A DNA stretch of 62,990 bases, the filler included, from Trichomonas gallinae (taxonomy: Eukaryota): NCBI GenBank assembly GCA_008369845.1. It is 11 parts of 11 records of this genome, joined end to end, with 100 filler letters (N's around TTAATTAATTAA, not from the genome) between each part and the next. Parts side by side here need not be neighbours in the genome. Positions count along the whole stretch, not along the records: positions 26,279 to 43,350 come from MRSU01000621.1; positions 43,451 to 46,535 come from MRSU01000623.1; 9 more parts are not named here. One strand, 5' to 3'. The position numbers and the translations under genes were made by a program. Position 1 is the first letter of the stretch; each line of letters begins with the position of its first letter. The notes beneath the pieces were generated by a model. That model made no database searches. It had not been told where the DNA came from and worked only from the letters and a program-made list of their open reading frames with translations. Positions 33,810-44,301 of the stretch are shown here, piece after piece.

Positions 33810-35711
33810 ATGTTGGACGTGTTGGTATGGTTTGTCTATTACGGCAGCCTGTTTGCCATACCATCGATAGTCTACTTATATTATCAACGAATGGACAATG
33901 AAAATTCATACAAATCGATATTTTTCAAAGTTTTATCAGTCAATATAGTTGTCCTATGGGGAATTACATTCTTCATCATAGAACCATTCAAGAATATATA
34001 CACAACTACGTATCTGAAATGGATTTTACTCCTCATTCCATCTTTAATTGAAATTCTTATATTAAGATCGATAGAATATAACGAAGATGAACCATACAAA
34101 ATACAATACGATTCCAAAGTATCCAAAAGACTTAAAAACTTGTATTTAACTGAAACATTTATTGCATTACCAATACTAACATTTTTCGCTGCATTTATAA
34201 AAGAAGTATATGATACATCAGGCCGCATATTCTTCGATGAGTTGGTTTTGCTAATGTCTCAAGGCGCAGCTTACAAGAATGAACTCACAATTATTTTTAG
34301 TTTCTTCGTTGATCATACAATCAAGCATTTAATACCATCGTTACTATTTGCAGGTCTAGTTTATAAGAATCAACCTCTTAATTTTTCACTCGGTATTAAC
34401 AAAAAATTTAAATTTCAGTTAAAATTTACAAGATTACCTCTTCTTTACGCTATTTCATGCATTGTACTAATATTCAGTGTACTAAAAGTAAGTAGCGACG
34501 ATATGATGGAAGAGTTCCTTGAATATAATATTTTACCAAGTAATTTGCTACTAAAGTTTCCAGAAAAGAAGAAGAACATACTTTTTATGAGCCTTGAAGC
34601 CCTTGAGAACATATATCTTTCTAAAGAAAACGGCGGCGTCAATGACGTTTCTCTTATTCCTAACTTAGAAGCAAACGCGATCAAACCAGAGCACTTAGTT
34701 ATCTCGTCACGAGAAGAAGGGAAGCTAGGCGGCATGACCGTTATGCACCGCACTAAGTGGACGATTGGTGCAACAACAGCCTTTTTATGCGGTCTTCCAA
34801 TGACTGGACGAGTTGAAAGGCGTGATATGGCAGAAGAACCAATGAAAGAACAATTCTATCCAAAGATTGACTGCCTGCCAACACTTCTGCGGAAGAATGG
34901 ATATACAACTAGCTTTATTTTGAATTCTTATATAGATGACTTCGCCATTGGTTATCTATTCAAGGCCCATAATATGGATATCATCAAAGTTCATGATGCC
35001 CACTGGTTTGCGCATGATTACCAAACACTTGCTGTTCTTCGACAAGAATTGACGAGGCGACATGAGTCTGGAAAGCCTTTCTTCATATATTGTCCTACCA
35101 TGGACACCCATGAACCAGGTTTCACATGCGAGAAATGCAATAATTCGATAAGCTACAGATTTTGGAAGTGTGTTAACTGTTTTGATAGACAGATGAAAGA
35201 ATTCTTGGAGTGGTGCCAAGTTCAGCCATGGTACAATGACACATTGATCGTCTTGACTGGTGACCACACAGTCCGAGGTCATGGCTTCCCTCAGTGGGCT
35301 TTAATGCATGGCTTCACAAGAACTGTTTTCAACACATGGATGCATGCATCAGCGAAGCCAGTCAAAAAGAATAATAGATTGTACAGTGCTTATGACATGT
35401 TCCCATCAATCCTCGCAGGTGCAGGCGTCAAAATTGCAGGTGATAGACTTTCACTCGGTGTTAATCTTTTCTCAGATCAGCCAACATTATTAGAAAAGTT
35501 CGACAAACCGAAAGTTAACTTCATCGCAGAAATGGCAGCTAAGTATTACAATGATTATATTAAGCACCCCGATAAATCATGTGATATCGGTGATTTGTGT
35601 TTAGAAGTTATTCGTGCGGAACATAAAAACACGACAGAATATGAGCCATACGTATTAATATTATATATTAAATGGATTTATTGTTATGTTAAAAATCATA
35701 ATGTTTATTAA
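33810..35711 (+). CDS. Membrane-anchored LtaS/OpgB (phosphoglycerol transferase, sulfatase-fold) family protein
   Basis: Multiple N-terminal TM segments then KKNILFMSLEALE, KWTIG (nucleophile Thr position), MDTHEP, TGDH, YDMFPSIL and LGVNLFS. Confidence 0.85.
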   Translation: MLDVLVWFVYYGSLFAIPSIVYLYYQRMDNENSYKSIFFKVLSVNIVVLWGITFFIIEPFKNIYTTTYLKWILLLIPSLIEILILRSIEYNEDEPYKIQYDSKVSKRLKNLYLTETFIALPILTFFAAFIKEVYDTSGRIFFDELVLLMSQGAAYKNELTIIFSFFVDHTIKHLIPSLLFAGLVYKNQPLNFSLGINKKFKFQLKFTRLPLLYAISCIVLIFSVLKVSSDDMMEEFLEYNILPSNLLLKFPEKKKNILFMSLEALENIYLSKENGGVNDVSLIPNLEANAIKPEHLVISSREEGKLGGMTVMHRTKWTIGATTAFLCGLPMTGRVERRDMAEEPMKEQFYPKIDCLPTLLRKNGYTTSFILNSYIDDFAIGYLFKAHNMDIIKVHDAHWFAHDYQTLAVLRQELTRRHESGKPFFIYCPTMDTHEPGFTCEKCNNSISYRFWKCVNCFDRQMKEFLEWCQVQPWYNDTLIVLTGDHTVRGHGFPQWALMHGFTRTVFNTWMHASAKPVKKNNRLYSAYDMFPSILAGAGVKIAGDRLSLGVNLFSDQPTLLEKFDKPKVNFIAEMAAKYYNDYIKHPDKSCDIGDLCLEVIRAEHKNTTEYEPYVLILYIKWIYCYVKNHNVY

Positions 35712-36263
35712 TAAATATTCCTTGAATGAATTAGGGGTTACATAAAGATAGACAACAGTTCACACCACATAGATTATTTATAAAAAAAAATATATCTCAT
35801 AATTTTTCGACTTTTGGTTATATAACAACTCTAGTGTCATTTAACATTGCCAAACATATTATTTTGGTTGCGTAATATTAAGATGTCAAAAGTAATGTAT
35901 CTTATCAAATTTCAAATCATTAGGTATTGAAGTTTTATCACTTTTCTATTATAGAGGTAGACTGTAATATTCTAAAGTAATATGAAATCTAATGAAATTG
36001 ATAATATAAGAAAAGAAAAATTGCATATATTGCATATAAAATTCAACATTGTAAAATCCATTAAATAATGTCAATATTGATTAGATATAGAGGATTTATT
36101 TATGTTAATGTGAGTTTAAATTTATATTTTAGAATTCAAAAAAAAATTAAATAGTGAATTAACGAAGAATTAGTTGCTATTAAAGTTAAGAAACATAATT
36201 TAAGAAGTAATCTACAAGTTTTGGTCGAAAAAAACAAATTTTGAAGACGTTTAAAAATTAGAA

Positions 36264-37436
36264 ATGCAAGAGAATTCTAGGGCGAAGGAGACAGTAAATC
36301 GAAGGATAATGATAGATCTCCAACGCAGACTTTCTCTACTTAAAGATGATATCAAAATTGCAAAGAAAACACGCGAAAATTTGCTAAATGATAATGAAAA
36401 AATGCAAGAAGAACTAGAACAAAATGCATTTCAACTAGAAGAACTTCGTACAGAGAAACAAGATCAACAGCTTCTTCCTAAAAGGAATGAAAATGCTGAT
36501 GAGAAAGCAACATTTTTTGGAAATCTCGCTGAATTAGAAGCATTTGAAGCAAGTACACTCGCACAAATTGATCAATTAAAGAAACAATATAGCCAATGCA
36601 CACATGAATACACGAAACAAGTACAAAGAAAGAAAGTTTTACAATCAAAACTAGCCAATATGCAAGAAAGACTTGAACTTCAACGTCAACAACACTCTAC
36701 TGCTAAGTCTGAACATGTTGTCACACAACAAGAAAATCTTCGACTTTCTGATCAACTATTTTCGATTAATGAAACGAAATATTATTTAGAAGAAGAGCTA
36801 GAAAAGAAGCAGCAAGAATTAGAAACATACAAGAATATGCTTGATAATCAAATTGAAGGCCAGAAGAAGCCATTATTAGAAGAAAGAGAAATTTTACTAA
36901 AAACACTCGAAGACGCGCAAATCAATCTTAGAAAGCTCCAAGAACAGCATGAAAAGAATGTTGCTGTTGAAGAAGTCGCAACAAAACAAGTTGATAATAT
37001 ATCAAATTGGATTTATAAGAGAAAGCAGTTAATTGATCAAATTAAAAAGAAGAGAGCGAATATTAGTAGAAACCAAGCAACAATGAAACGTGCGCAGATT
37101 ATGAATGCAGAAATTAAAGGAAAGTTCATTGCAATGTTTGGTAGATCAGATCCAGGCGATGGAACAGGTTCATTAGCCAAATTAATGGTCCAGAGTGAAA
37201 TAGATTCGATAGAAGAAAGTAATCAAATATATCAAGAGATTGCTGCAGAAGAAGACTACAACCAGTCATTAAAGAATGACTTAGAGCAGGTGAACAACTC
37301 CCTTAAGGTATTTGAAAAGTATAGACAGCAACAGATTTCTGATTTAACTGTCGAAGTCGAAAACTGCAAGAATGAAGCTTATATTACCATGCTTAAGGAA
37401 GAAAAGGCTGCCTTAATAGCTTCAGCTCGTTATTAA
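36264..37436 (+). CDS. Coiled-coil hypothetical protein
   Basis: 390-aa E/K/Q/L-rich heptad ORF with ATG start. Confidence 0.78.
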   Translation: MQENSRAKETVNRRIMIDLQRRLSLLKDDIKIAKKTRENLLNDNEKMQEELEQNAFQLEELRTEKQDQQLLPKRNENADEKATFFGNLAELEAFEASTLAQIDQLKKQYSQCTHEYTKQVQRKKVLQSKLANMQERLELQRQQHSTAKSEHVVTQQENLRLSDQLFSINETKYYLEEELEKKQQELETYKNMLDNQIEGQKKPLLEEREILLKTLEDAQINLRKLQEQHEKNVAVEEVATKQVDNISNWIYKRKQLIDQIKKKRANISRNQATMKRAQIMNAEIKGKFIAMFGRSDPGDGTGSLAKLMVQSEIDSIEESNQIYQEIAAEEDYNQSLKNDLEQVNNSLKVFEKYRQQQISDLTVEVENCKNEAYITMLKEEKAALIASARY

Positions 37437-37850
37437 TTGTTAAGTAAAAATTATTTGTCTGTTTTTCTTAAATACACACTACAATATTACTATCTATAAA
37501 CTTGTCACAACAACAATAGATTAAAAAAGACATATTGTCATGTAAAAAAAAATTCAAACGAAGAAATGTTGCCAATGATAAATTTTTAAGAGCTGTGACA
37601 TACCATTATAAGCCATTAAGTCTAAAAATGAGACTCATTGAACCCTAAATATCTCTTGTATTCTTTTTATGATATTTGTCAAAAATTCATCATGTTGATG
37701 TTCTTATTTTGAGATTTTCTAATATTTATCACTTATAACCATACTATATCTATATCCATAATATGATTTTTATAAGGAAAAAAAAGTATCTTCATAATAT
37801 GTTTCACATAGTTCATGCTGTCTTTAAAGCCTTAATTTGGAAGGATCTTG

Positions 37851-38004
37851 TAGGGATGCAAATTCGGAAGATATTCTGGAAATTTCCCAAACTCCATTTT
37901 CCCTATCTACCAGGCAAAACAATAACCGTAACTTCCAGACATTCTTCCAAAAACTAATTTTCGATCTTCCAGAGTCCAAATTATCTTCCAAAGTTGCATC
38001 CCTA
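37851..38004. mobile_element. 154-bp MITE with hAT (Ac-like) terminal inverted repeats
   Basis: TAGGGATGCAAATTCGGAAGATA ... TATCTTCCAAAGTTGCATCCCTA, flanked by direct repeat GATCTTG (37844-37850 and 38005-38011). Confidence 0.85.
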
Positions 38005-38122
38005 GATCTTGCTGTAAACATCATATATATCATATTTAATATGTATACAGTTAAAGAAGGGTCCGTGAAGTGTCATCCCCTGTTTAAAGAAATACGTTTT
38101 ATTTTTCCAAAAAAAAAAAATT

Positions 38123-39223
38123 ATGGCAATGAATCTTTCATCAAACGACCAACTCTTAATGGGAACTGACGGGACACCAAACATTCAGCCAAATTCGCAA
38201 TACGACCAATCAATAAACTTCAGCGACAGTGATTCTGGACAGGATTATCAAATGAATCAGAACCAACCACAGTTCAACCCAGGCGAGTACAGCCCACGCC
38301 CAGGAATGGACCCAATGCAAGCTGGAAGACCGCAGGGCCCTGGAAGTGCCGGTTTACGCCATTCTGGTGGATCGGATGATCAGTTTGGCGGATTCGGCGG
38401 CATCAACGCTGGTGGTGTATTCGGCAGATCCAACTTCGGCGGAAATGACGAACTTGGAATGGGTTCTTCCGGCGGAATTGGAGGTTTCGGTGGAAACAAC
38501 TTCGGCGGCTTCGCTGCGAGCGGTGCTGGTGGTGGTTTTGATTTTGGAAATGATCCAGCGACAAAATCTCCAGAACTTGTTGAGTTATTCGGCTTAATTA
38601 CAGAATTCCAGCCAACAAAGACAGAACTGCCGCCTCATTTCAAGCCTTTCTTACCAGACTTAATCCCAGCTATCGGTGCCATCGATGCTTTCATCAAAGT
38701 TCCAAGGCCAGATGACGAATTCGAGCCTCTCGGCTTAACAATCCTCGATGAGCCCACAATCGGTTGCTCAGATCCACAGATTATCCGCATGCAGCTCCGC
38801 GAAAAATACGGAATCGTTTCTAATAAGGAAGGAGATGGATATATCGGATATATCGAAGATTTGGAGAATAATCAGAAGGAACTCGACACGTTCCTCGAGA
38901 ACTATGAAGAACTAATTCGTGATCGTCCGCCTCCGACAATCGTTTATTCGTATAAAATGCCCGATCTCAACGAATTGCTGTTGGAGTGGCCCGCTGATCT
39001 TGAAAAAGCGTTACAGTCTATTCCTCTGCCAAGTGCTGACATGGATCTCACTATTGAAGAATATGCAAAAATTATTTGCGCTTTCTTGGATATTCCTGTC
39101 AAAGGTAACATTATTGAGTCTCTGCATGTCTTATTCACACTATTTATGACATTCGAAGAGAACCAGCACTTCCCAGAGAACGATGCGCCTAAAGCTCCAG
39201 GAGAAGAAAGGATCTTTCTCTAA
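38123..39223 (+). CDS. IFT46: Intraflagellar transport protein 46
   Basis: ELFGLITEFQP...FKPFLPDLIPAIGAIDAFIKVPRPD...LGLTILDEP...SDP...YKMPDLNELL.EWP...LDIPV...IESLHVLFTLF. Gly-rich N-terminus. Confidence 0.95.
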   Translation: MAMNLSSNDQLLMGTDGTPNIQPNSQYDQSINFSDSDSGQDYQMNQNQPQFNPGEYSPRPGMDPMQAGRPQGPGSAGLRHSGGSDDQFGGFGGINAGGVFGRSNFGGNDELGMGSSGGIGGFGGNNFGGFAASGAGGGFDFGNDPATKSPELVELFGLITEFQPTKTELPPHFKPFLPDLIPAIGAIDAFIKVPRPDDEFEPLGLTILDEPTIGCSDPQIIRMQLREKYGIVSNKEGDGYIGYIEDLENNQKELDTFLENYEELIRDRPPPTIVYSYKMPDLNELLLEWPADLEKALQSIPLPSADMDLTIEEYAKIICAFLDIPVKGNIIESLHVLFTLFMTFEENQHFPENDAPKAPGEERIFL

Positions 39224-39686
39224 ATAGCTATGTTATTTCGTTTTTGACTTTGTTAGTTTCCATATTTTAATAAATCTTCAATTTCTTTTATAATATTTTT
39301 CAACTTTAATTTTGATAATAAATCATATATGAGGTAATGATTTCTATGAATAGTTTTATTGAATAACAGCTAAAATGGAAAATTTGTTTAAAATTAAAAT
39401 CATCTTTTTATATATGTTGTATTACTAATATTTCATCATTATACTAATTTACAAACCTATGCTCAAATATATCAAAGCAAAGGCTAACTTGTACATAATT
39501 GATTATGTCTAGTTTTGAACAATATAAGAGTGTAAAGCATGTAAAACTCTTTCATTGCACATAGAATTATCCATACATAATCTAAAATATCATCATGATA
39601 ATTTTGTATTGTAAACTATTATATTTGTCAAATGTCAAAAATAAGTTTGTCAGATTTTAAAATATCGTCCAGATGTGAAGTGAAAA

Positions 39687-40697
39687 TTGAAGATTGATGC
39701 TTTACATGGATGGAATGATTTTTTCAGAGATAACACATTTGAAATATATTCACATAAGAGAACTCGTCTATCTGCTTCAGCTACAAGTTATTATGTCTTT
39801 TACAGCAAATTTATTTTGCTTAAAAATAGATCCATCGAATTTCTTTCTACAACTCCCGCAACATGTTTATTGCTTGAAGATGATGCATTTTCTCAATGCT
39901 CCAACGACAATATTGCTGGTGTAATTTTGTTTGAAAGCGAAGGTCAATGCGTTCAAAATCGAATCTGTAGTTATCAATCGAAGATAAACACAGATATAGA
40001 AAAGAGAGGAGGAATATTTTGCTTCGTTTGCATTTCATCCTCAAATAATTGCCAAAATAAAATCATTGATTCTTCTATTGTAGAAACAGGCGATAATACA
40101 AATACTGGCCATGCAAACATTTATCTATATAACGGAGAAACGAGTCTATACTCGATAAATGAATCACGTGCATCAACTAACGCATATTCTTTCCATAGAA
40201 TAGAAAACATGTCAATAGAATCAAGCATAAAATTTTCATCTTTTGCCTACAATAATCATGTCAATAGTCAATGCTCCAACACTCATTACACTGCTGTAAA
40301 CTACAAAATAGTCTTCAATATTAAAAACTGCAACTTTAAAAACAACTCAGGACATCTGAGGATAATAAACTGCCACGGAATGACAACATTTATAACAAGC
40401 TGCTGCTTTGCTAGAAATAAAGGGAATAGTTTCACGCTTGGACATGTATGGGGAGGATCAATCACAGTTGATAATTGTTATTTCGATGAATATAAAGTTG
40501 CAGCAGGACCTATCACAATAAACTCAACGCTTGAGAATCCATTTGATCAAGTTCTTTTCCATTTGTCAACTTTTATATGCGATGCAGAAGCTCCTTTTAA
40601 AAATATAAATCCGTGTCATCCTATATACATCAGTCGGGTCGAATATCAATGTTTCGAACGTGCTGGTGAATACGCTATTATCTTGTTTTTAACTTAA
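39687..40697 (+). CDS. Member of a Cys/Asn/Ser-rich (beta-helix-like) hypothetical family; no clear ATG, possibly 5'-defective
   Basis: 336-codon open frame starting at TTG, with CVQNRICSY motif and hydrophobic C-terminus; paralogous to the next locus. Confidence 0.6.
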   Translation: MKIDALHGWNDFFRDNTFEIYSHKRTRLSASATSYYVFYSKFILLKNRSIEFLSTTPATCLLLEDDAFSQCSNDNIAGVILFESEGQCVQNRICSYQSKINTDIEKRGGIFCFVCISSSNNCQNKIIDSSIVETGDNTNTGHANIYLYNGETSLYSINESRASTNAYSFHRIENMSIESSIKFSSFAYNNHVNSQCSNTHYTAVNYKIVFNIKNCNFKNNSGHLRIINCHGMTTFITSCCFARNKGNSFTLGHVWGGSITVDNCYFDEYKVAAGPITINSTLENPFDQVLFHLSTFICDAEAPFKNINPCHPIYISRVEYQCFERAGEYAIILFLT

Positions 40698-40978
40698 TGA
40701 TGACATCCACCAAGACTTTTTTATTGATGTCATAACTCAGGATAGCATTGATTCAGAAGTTTAAAGCCTATATGATATCATACTAATATGTATATAGAAT
40801 ACGCTGTATACAGTACAATAATGGTTCAATAATAGTACAATCCAACAAATTAAAAAAAAATTATATATTATCAATGCACGATAGACGGCTCTAATATGTA
40901 CTGACTGTTATATCTATGTCAAACAACATAAATAATCTTGTGGACAAATCATATAAACAATTGTAAGACATCTTTTAT

Positions 40979-41962
40979 TTGTCAGATGTGTTGAATCATT
41001 TGAAATTCCTCGTTGAGGAATGGGATAACTTCTACAAAGGAAACGAATACGAAACACCTGAACGCAAAAATATTCGACTATCAACATCCTCAACAAGCTA
41101 TTATGTCCGATTTTCGGCCTTGATCGGGCTCAATAATCGCGCAATTGAATTTCTTTCTGCCACAACGTCAACAAGTTTATTACACGAAAATGTTGTTGGT
41201 GCTTTGTTCTTCGAAAATAATGGCCAATGTGTTCAAAATCGAATCTGCAGCTACAAATCGAAAACTAACTCCGATACTCAACTTAAAGGAGGAACATACT
41301 GTTTCGTCGATTTCTCTGACTCAAATCCTTTTCAAAACAGCATCGTTGAATCATCTGTCGTCGAAACTGGCTCAGGAACAGGCAAAGGATACACGAATAT
41401 TTTGTTGAACAATGGTGCAGCAAATCTCGCATCTGTCAATGAAACATCTGCTTATACAAATGGATACATCATCCATAGAATATTTAATTGTAATAACGAA
41501 TCAGTCGTCAATTTTTTACCGAAAACATACATTCTCATAGTCGCCTATAAACTGCTTTATATTATGCTGCTATTTCTGTCAAACTCTATCTACAAAATTG
41601 TAACTTTGTAAATAATGAATTTGATTTTTATCCTAACATTCAATTCGAATTTACACGAATTGCAACTTCATAGAAAATAAATGTAATGGAAAAACATTAG
41701 GGCAATACGGTTCAGATACAATGACAGTTGATAAATGTTGATTGATTCAACAATATCAACATATGGAACTGTGATCATAAAGAAAACATTAAGTAATCAA
41801 TTTGATAATTTTCTTTATCATTTATCAACATTCATTTGCGAAGCACAAATTCATATTCAAATTAAGAAAGCATTAAGATGTCACATCATCTATATCAGCC
41901 ACATTGAATATCGGTGCATTCAAAACTTCTATCTTTTTATTTTCATTTTTCTAATTCCTTGA
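40979..41962 (+). pseudogene. Frameshifted tandem paralog of the 39687 gene
   Basis: Shares AIEFLS, GQCVQNRICSY and VETG, and in a different frame FD..LYHLSTFICEA..CH.IYIS..EY.C; frame breaks near 41520-41730. Confidence 0.75.
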
Positions 41963-42592
41963 ATAAAATGTTCGATTCACAGTTTGATTTAAATCCCATA
42001 TATTTGATTGAATATTTATGCAACACTATTCTATTCTGTTGAAAGATAAAACATACTCCCAAGGTATACAAAGATAACACTCTTCAATTGATTATTCACA
42101 CTTGGAAAAGAATATATCATTATTCGAATTTCTTTTTGGTTTTCTTCTTCATTTGGATGATATTAAATGTATTTTATTAATATTACTGCAAATGAAAGTA
42201 TAATAATGTTGATAAATAGGATGGATTCATTAGATCAAAATCAACTCAAGGCTTAAACACATTATTATATTAGTGTATATAGTATAATATCAATGTATGA
42301 AACAAAGATATAGTTATTAGCATATTGATACACTTCTTTTAAGTATCAATCGAATAATATTCTAAAAATCAAAGCTTAAAAACTGCATTTTTCGTTATTT
42401 ATGGTCTAAAATATTAATATATGAACTTTGAATTTTAGGATTTCTAATGATAAATTTTTATCAATAAATTTTAATGAAGTTTAAGATAATTTAAATAAAA
42501 ATTATAATAGTAGTAGAGAAGATGTAAAATATTTTAAATATATCTTTCGATAAATTTTGAATTTTTGTATTCGCATTTTTTTATTAATGTAT

Positions 42593-43147
42593 TTAAGCTC
42601 CGACTGGACCAACTTTGCCAGCTGGTGCCTTCTCTGGTGTGTCAGCGATTGGAATCTCTGGAACTTCCAAATCCATTTCCACTGCAATTTCGTTTTCAAG
42701 TGCGCTAAGAAGATCTTCACCCTCGGCTTCGACACTACCTTCTGGTGTTGTAATAATTTGGTTTGTTTCGCTAACTCTTCCACGGATTTTATCGTATTTA
42801 ACTGCTGCAGCTGCAATCTTTTCCATATCCATCTGTCCAACGGACTTTTCGAGTTCCTTGACGACAGCATCTAAGCTCTGAGCCATCTTCTTCTGGACTT
42901 CAGCCATCTTAAGATCGAGGACCATTGAGGAGATTTTAGCTGCATTTTGTTGAAGGAGAAGTGCTTGCTGTTGTGATCTAATAGCGTTGTTGGCGTAAAC
43001 TTTAGCGAATTCTCTCTGACCTTTCCTTAATGCTGCTTTTGCCTTGGCGCGCTCTTTGTCTGCGTTTTTCTCTTCACGAGCTGCTTCCTTGTTGAGCATC
43101 TTTTCCTGGACCCTCAACTTCAGCTGCATATCGAGTGTGCTTGCCAT
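42593..43147 (-). CDS. ESCRT-III SNF7-family protein, CHMP1/Did2/Vps46-like
   Basis: QLKLRVQEKMLNKEAAREEK...AKVYANNAIR...MDMEKI...TTPEGSV..LL...E. Confidence 0.9.
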   Translation of the reverse strand: MASTLDMQLKLRVQEKMLNKEAAREEKNADKERAKAKAALRKGQREFAKVYANNAIRSQQQALLLQQNAAKISSMVLDLKMAEVQKKMAQSLDAVVKELEKSVGQMDMEKIAAAAVKYDKIRGRVSETNQIITTPEGSVEAEGEDLLSALENEIAVEMDLEVPEIPIADTPEKAPAGKVGPVGA

Positions 43148-43450
43148 TTTTATTAATGCTGTGAAATTTGACAATTTTTCGGTGAATTATTGAAAGCTTA
43201 ATATTCCAAAACGATAATAACCTATTTATCACAATTTTACAGTAAAATTTCTTTAATATTCGTTCAACGAAAATTTGACTTTCTGTCATGTAAATGTCAA
43301 AATTTAATTCATTATTGTTGTAAATAAATTTGACTTTCTGTCATGTAAATNNNNNNNNNNNNNNNNNNNNNNNNNNNNNNNNNNNNNNNNNNNNTTAATT
43401 AATTAANNNNNNNNNNNNNNNNNNNNNNNNNNNNNNNNNNNNNNNNNNNN

Positions 43451-43704
43451 CGCTTGTATGCAGCACGAGCTGTGAGGGCAGCTGGTGTTGTTGGTGTGTA
43501 AGCACCACCAGCGACGGCCTTGCCGCACTTGAGGCATGTCCAGATGCCGACAGCGTTACGCTTGACGGATTCCTTGCCGCAGAATGCGCATGGGTACTTC
43601 TTGCGCTGTGAGATTTCGATCTTCTTGATTGTCTTACGGAGGGAAGCACCGTAGCGAACGCCGTACTTGCCGCAAATACCTACTTTCTTTGTTCTGCGAG
43701 CCAT
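43451..43704 (-). CDS. RPL37A: 60S ribosomal protein eL43 (L37a), 3' end lost in gap
   Basis: [24 protein letters not shown]...CAFCGK...GIWTCLKC...GGAY. Confidence 0.97.
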
Positions 43705-43708
43705 CGAG

Positions 43709-43731
43709 AAAGGCTGGCCACCCGTCACTTT
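43709..43731 (-). promoter_or_regulatory. Trichomonad core promoter of RPL37A: M5 (CCTTT), with M2 (AAAGTGAC) and an M3-like GACGGGTG upstream
   Basis: CCTTT at 43709-43713 ends 4 nt before the ATG; AAAGTGAC at 43724-43731. M5 is known from T. vaginalis ribosomal protein genes. Confidence 0.7.
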
Positions 43732-43907
43732 TCACCGATTTACAAAAATAATCGTCTTTTTCTTCCTTAATAATCTGTATTTTGTTTTCTTTTATGATAT
43801 TATTTCTAACTATCACTAAATCAGAACAAAATTCATTATCCCCTAAAATAGTTTTCTTCCCCCTATTTTTAAAATCTTTTTCTAAAAAAAAAAAGTCTTT
43901 CTCTTCT

Positions 43908-44115
43908 TCTAAGACCAGTCACTCTAACATAAAATATACTTAAAAGGATAGTGATCAATATTTCCAATGTAAATATAGAATTTAATATGGTATTGAGAAA
44001 TTGATTTAATTTTTTCATCTAAGACCAGTTACTGCTACATACAATATGCTCAAAAGTACAATAGCCCACTCTGCCAATTTAAATATAGAATAGAATTCGG
44101 AATCGAGCGATTTAA
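43908..44115. repeat. Diverged 110-bp tandem duplication
   Basis: TCTAAGACCAGT at 43908 and 44018, each followed by similar sequence through CCAAT.TAAATATAGAAT. Confidence 0.7.
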
Positions 44116-44301
44116 CTAAATTTGATTAAATTATTCGTTAATGTTTTATCTTCTTTTATAGAATGAGGGATTTGATCTAAATCAATCCAGTGGTGTAGTT
44201 ATGATAGACAGTTTCGATAGTTATATCAAAATATCAATCAATGATCAATTTTTGACATGTAAATATTTTTATTTAACAAAAATACTAACAAATTGTTTAT
44301 T

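Noticed and set aside
37763..38184. Four short overlapping ORFs upstream of IFT46
   Set aside because: They overlie the MITE and promoter and have no coding features.
43271..43350. Exact ~24-bp direct repeat AAATTTGACTTTCTGTCATGTAAAT
   Set aside because: The second copy ends exactly at a contig edge, so it cannot be distinguished from an assembly artefact.
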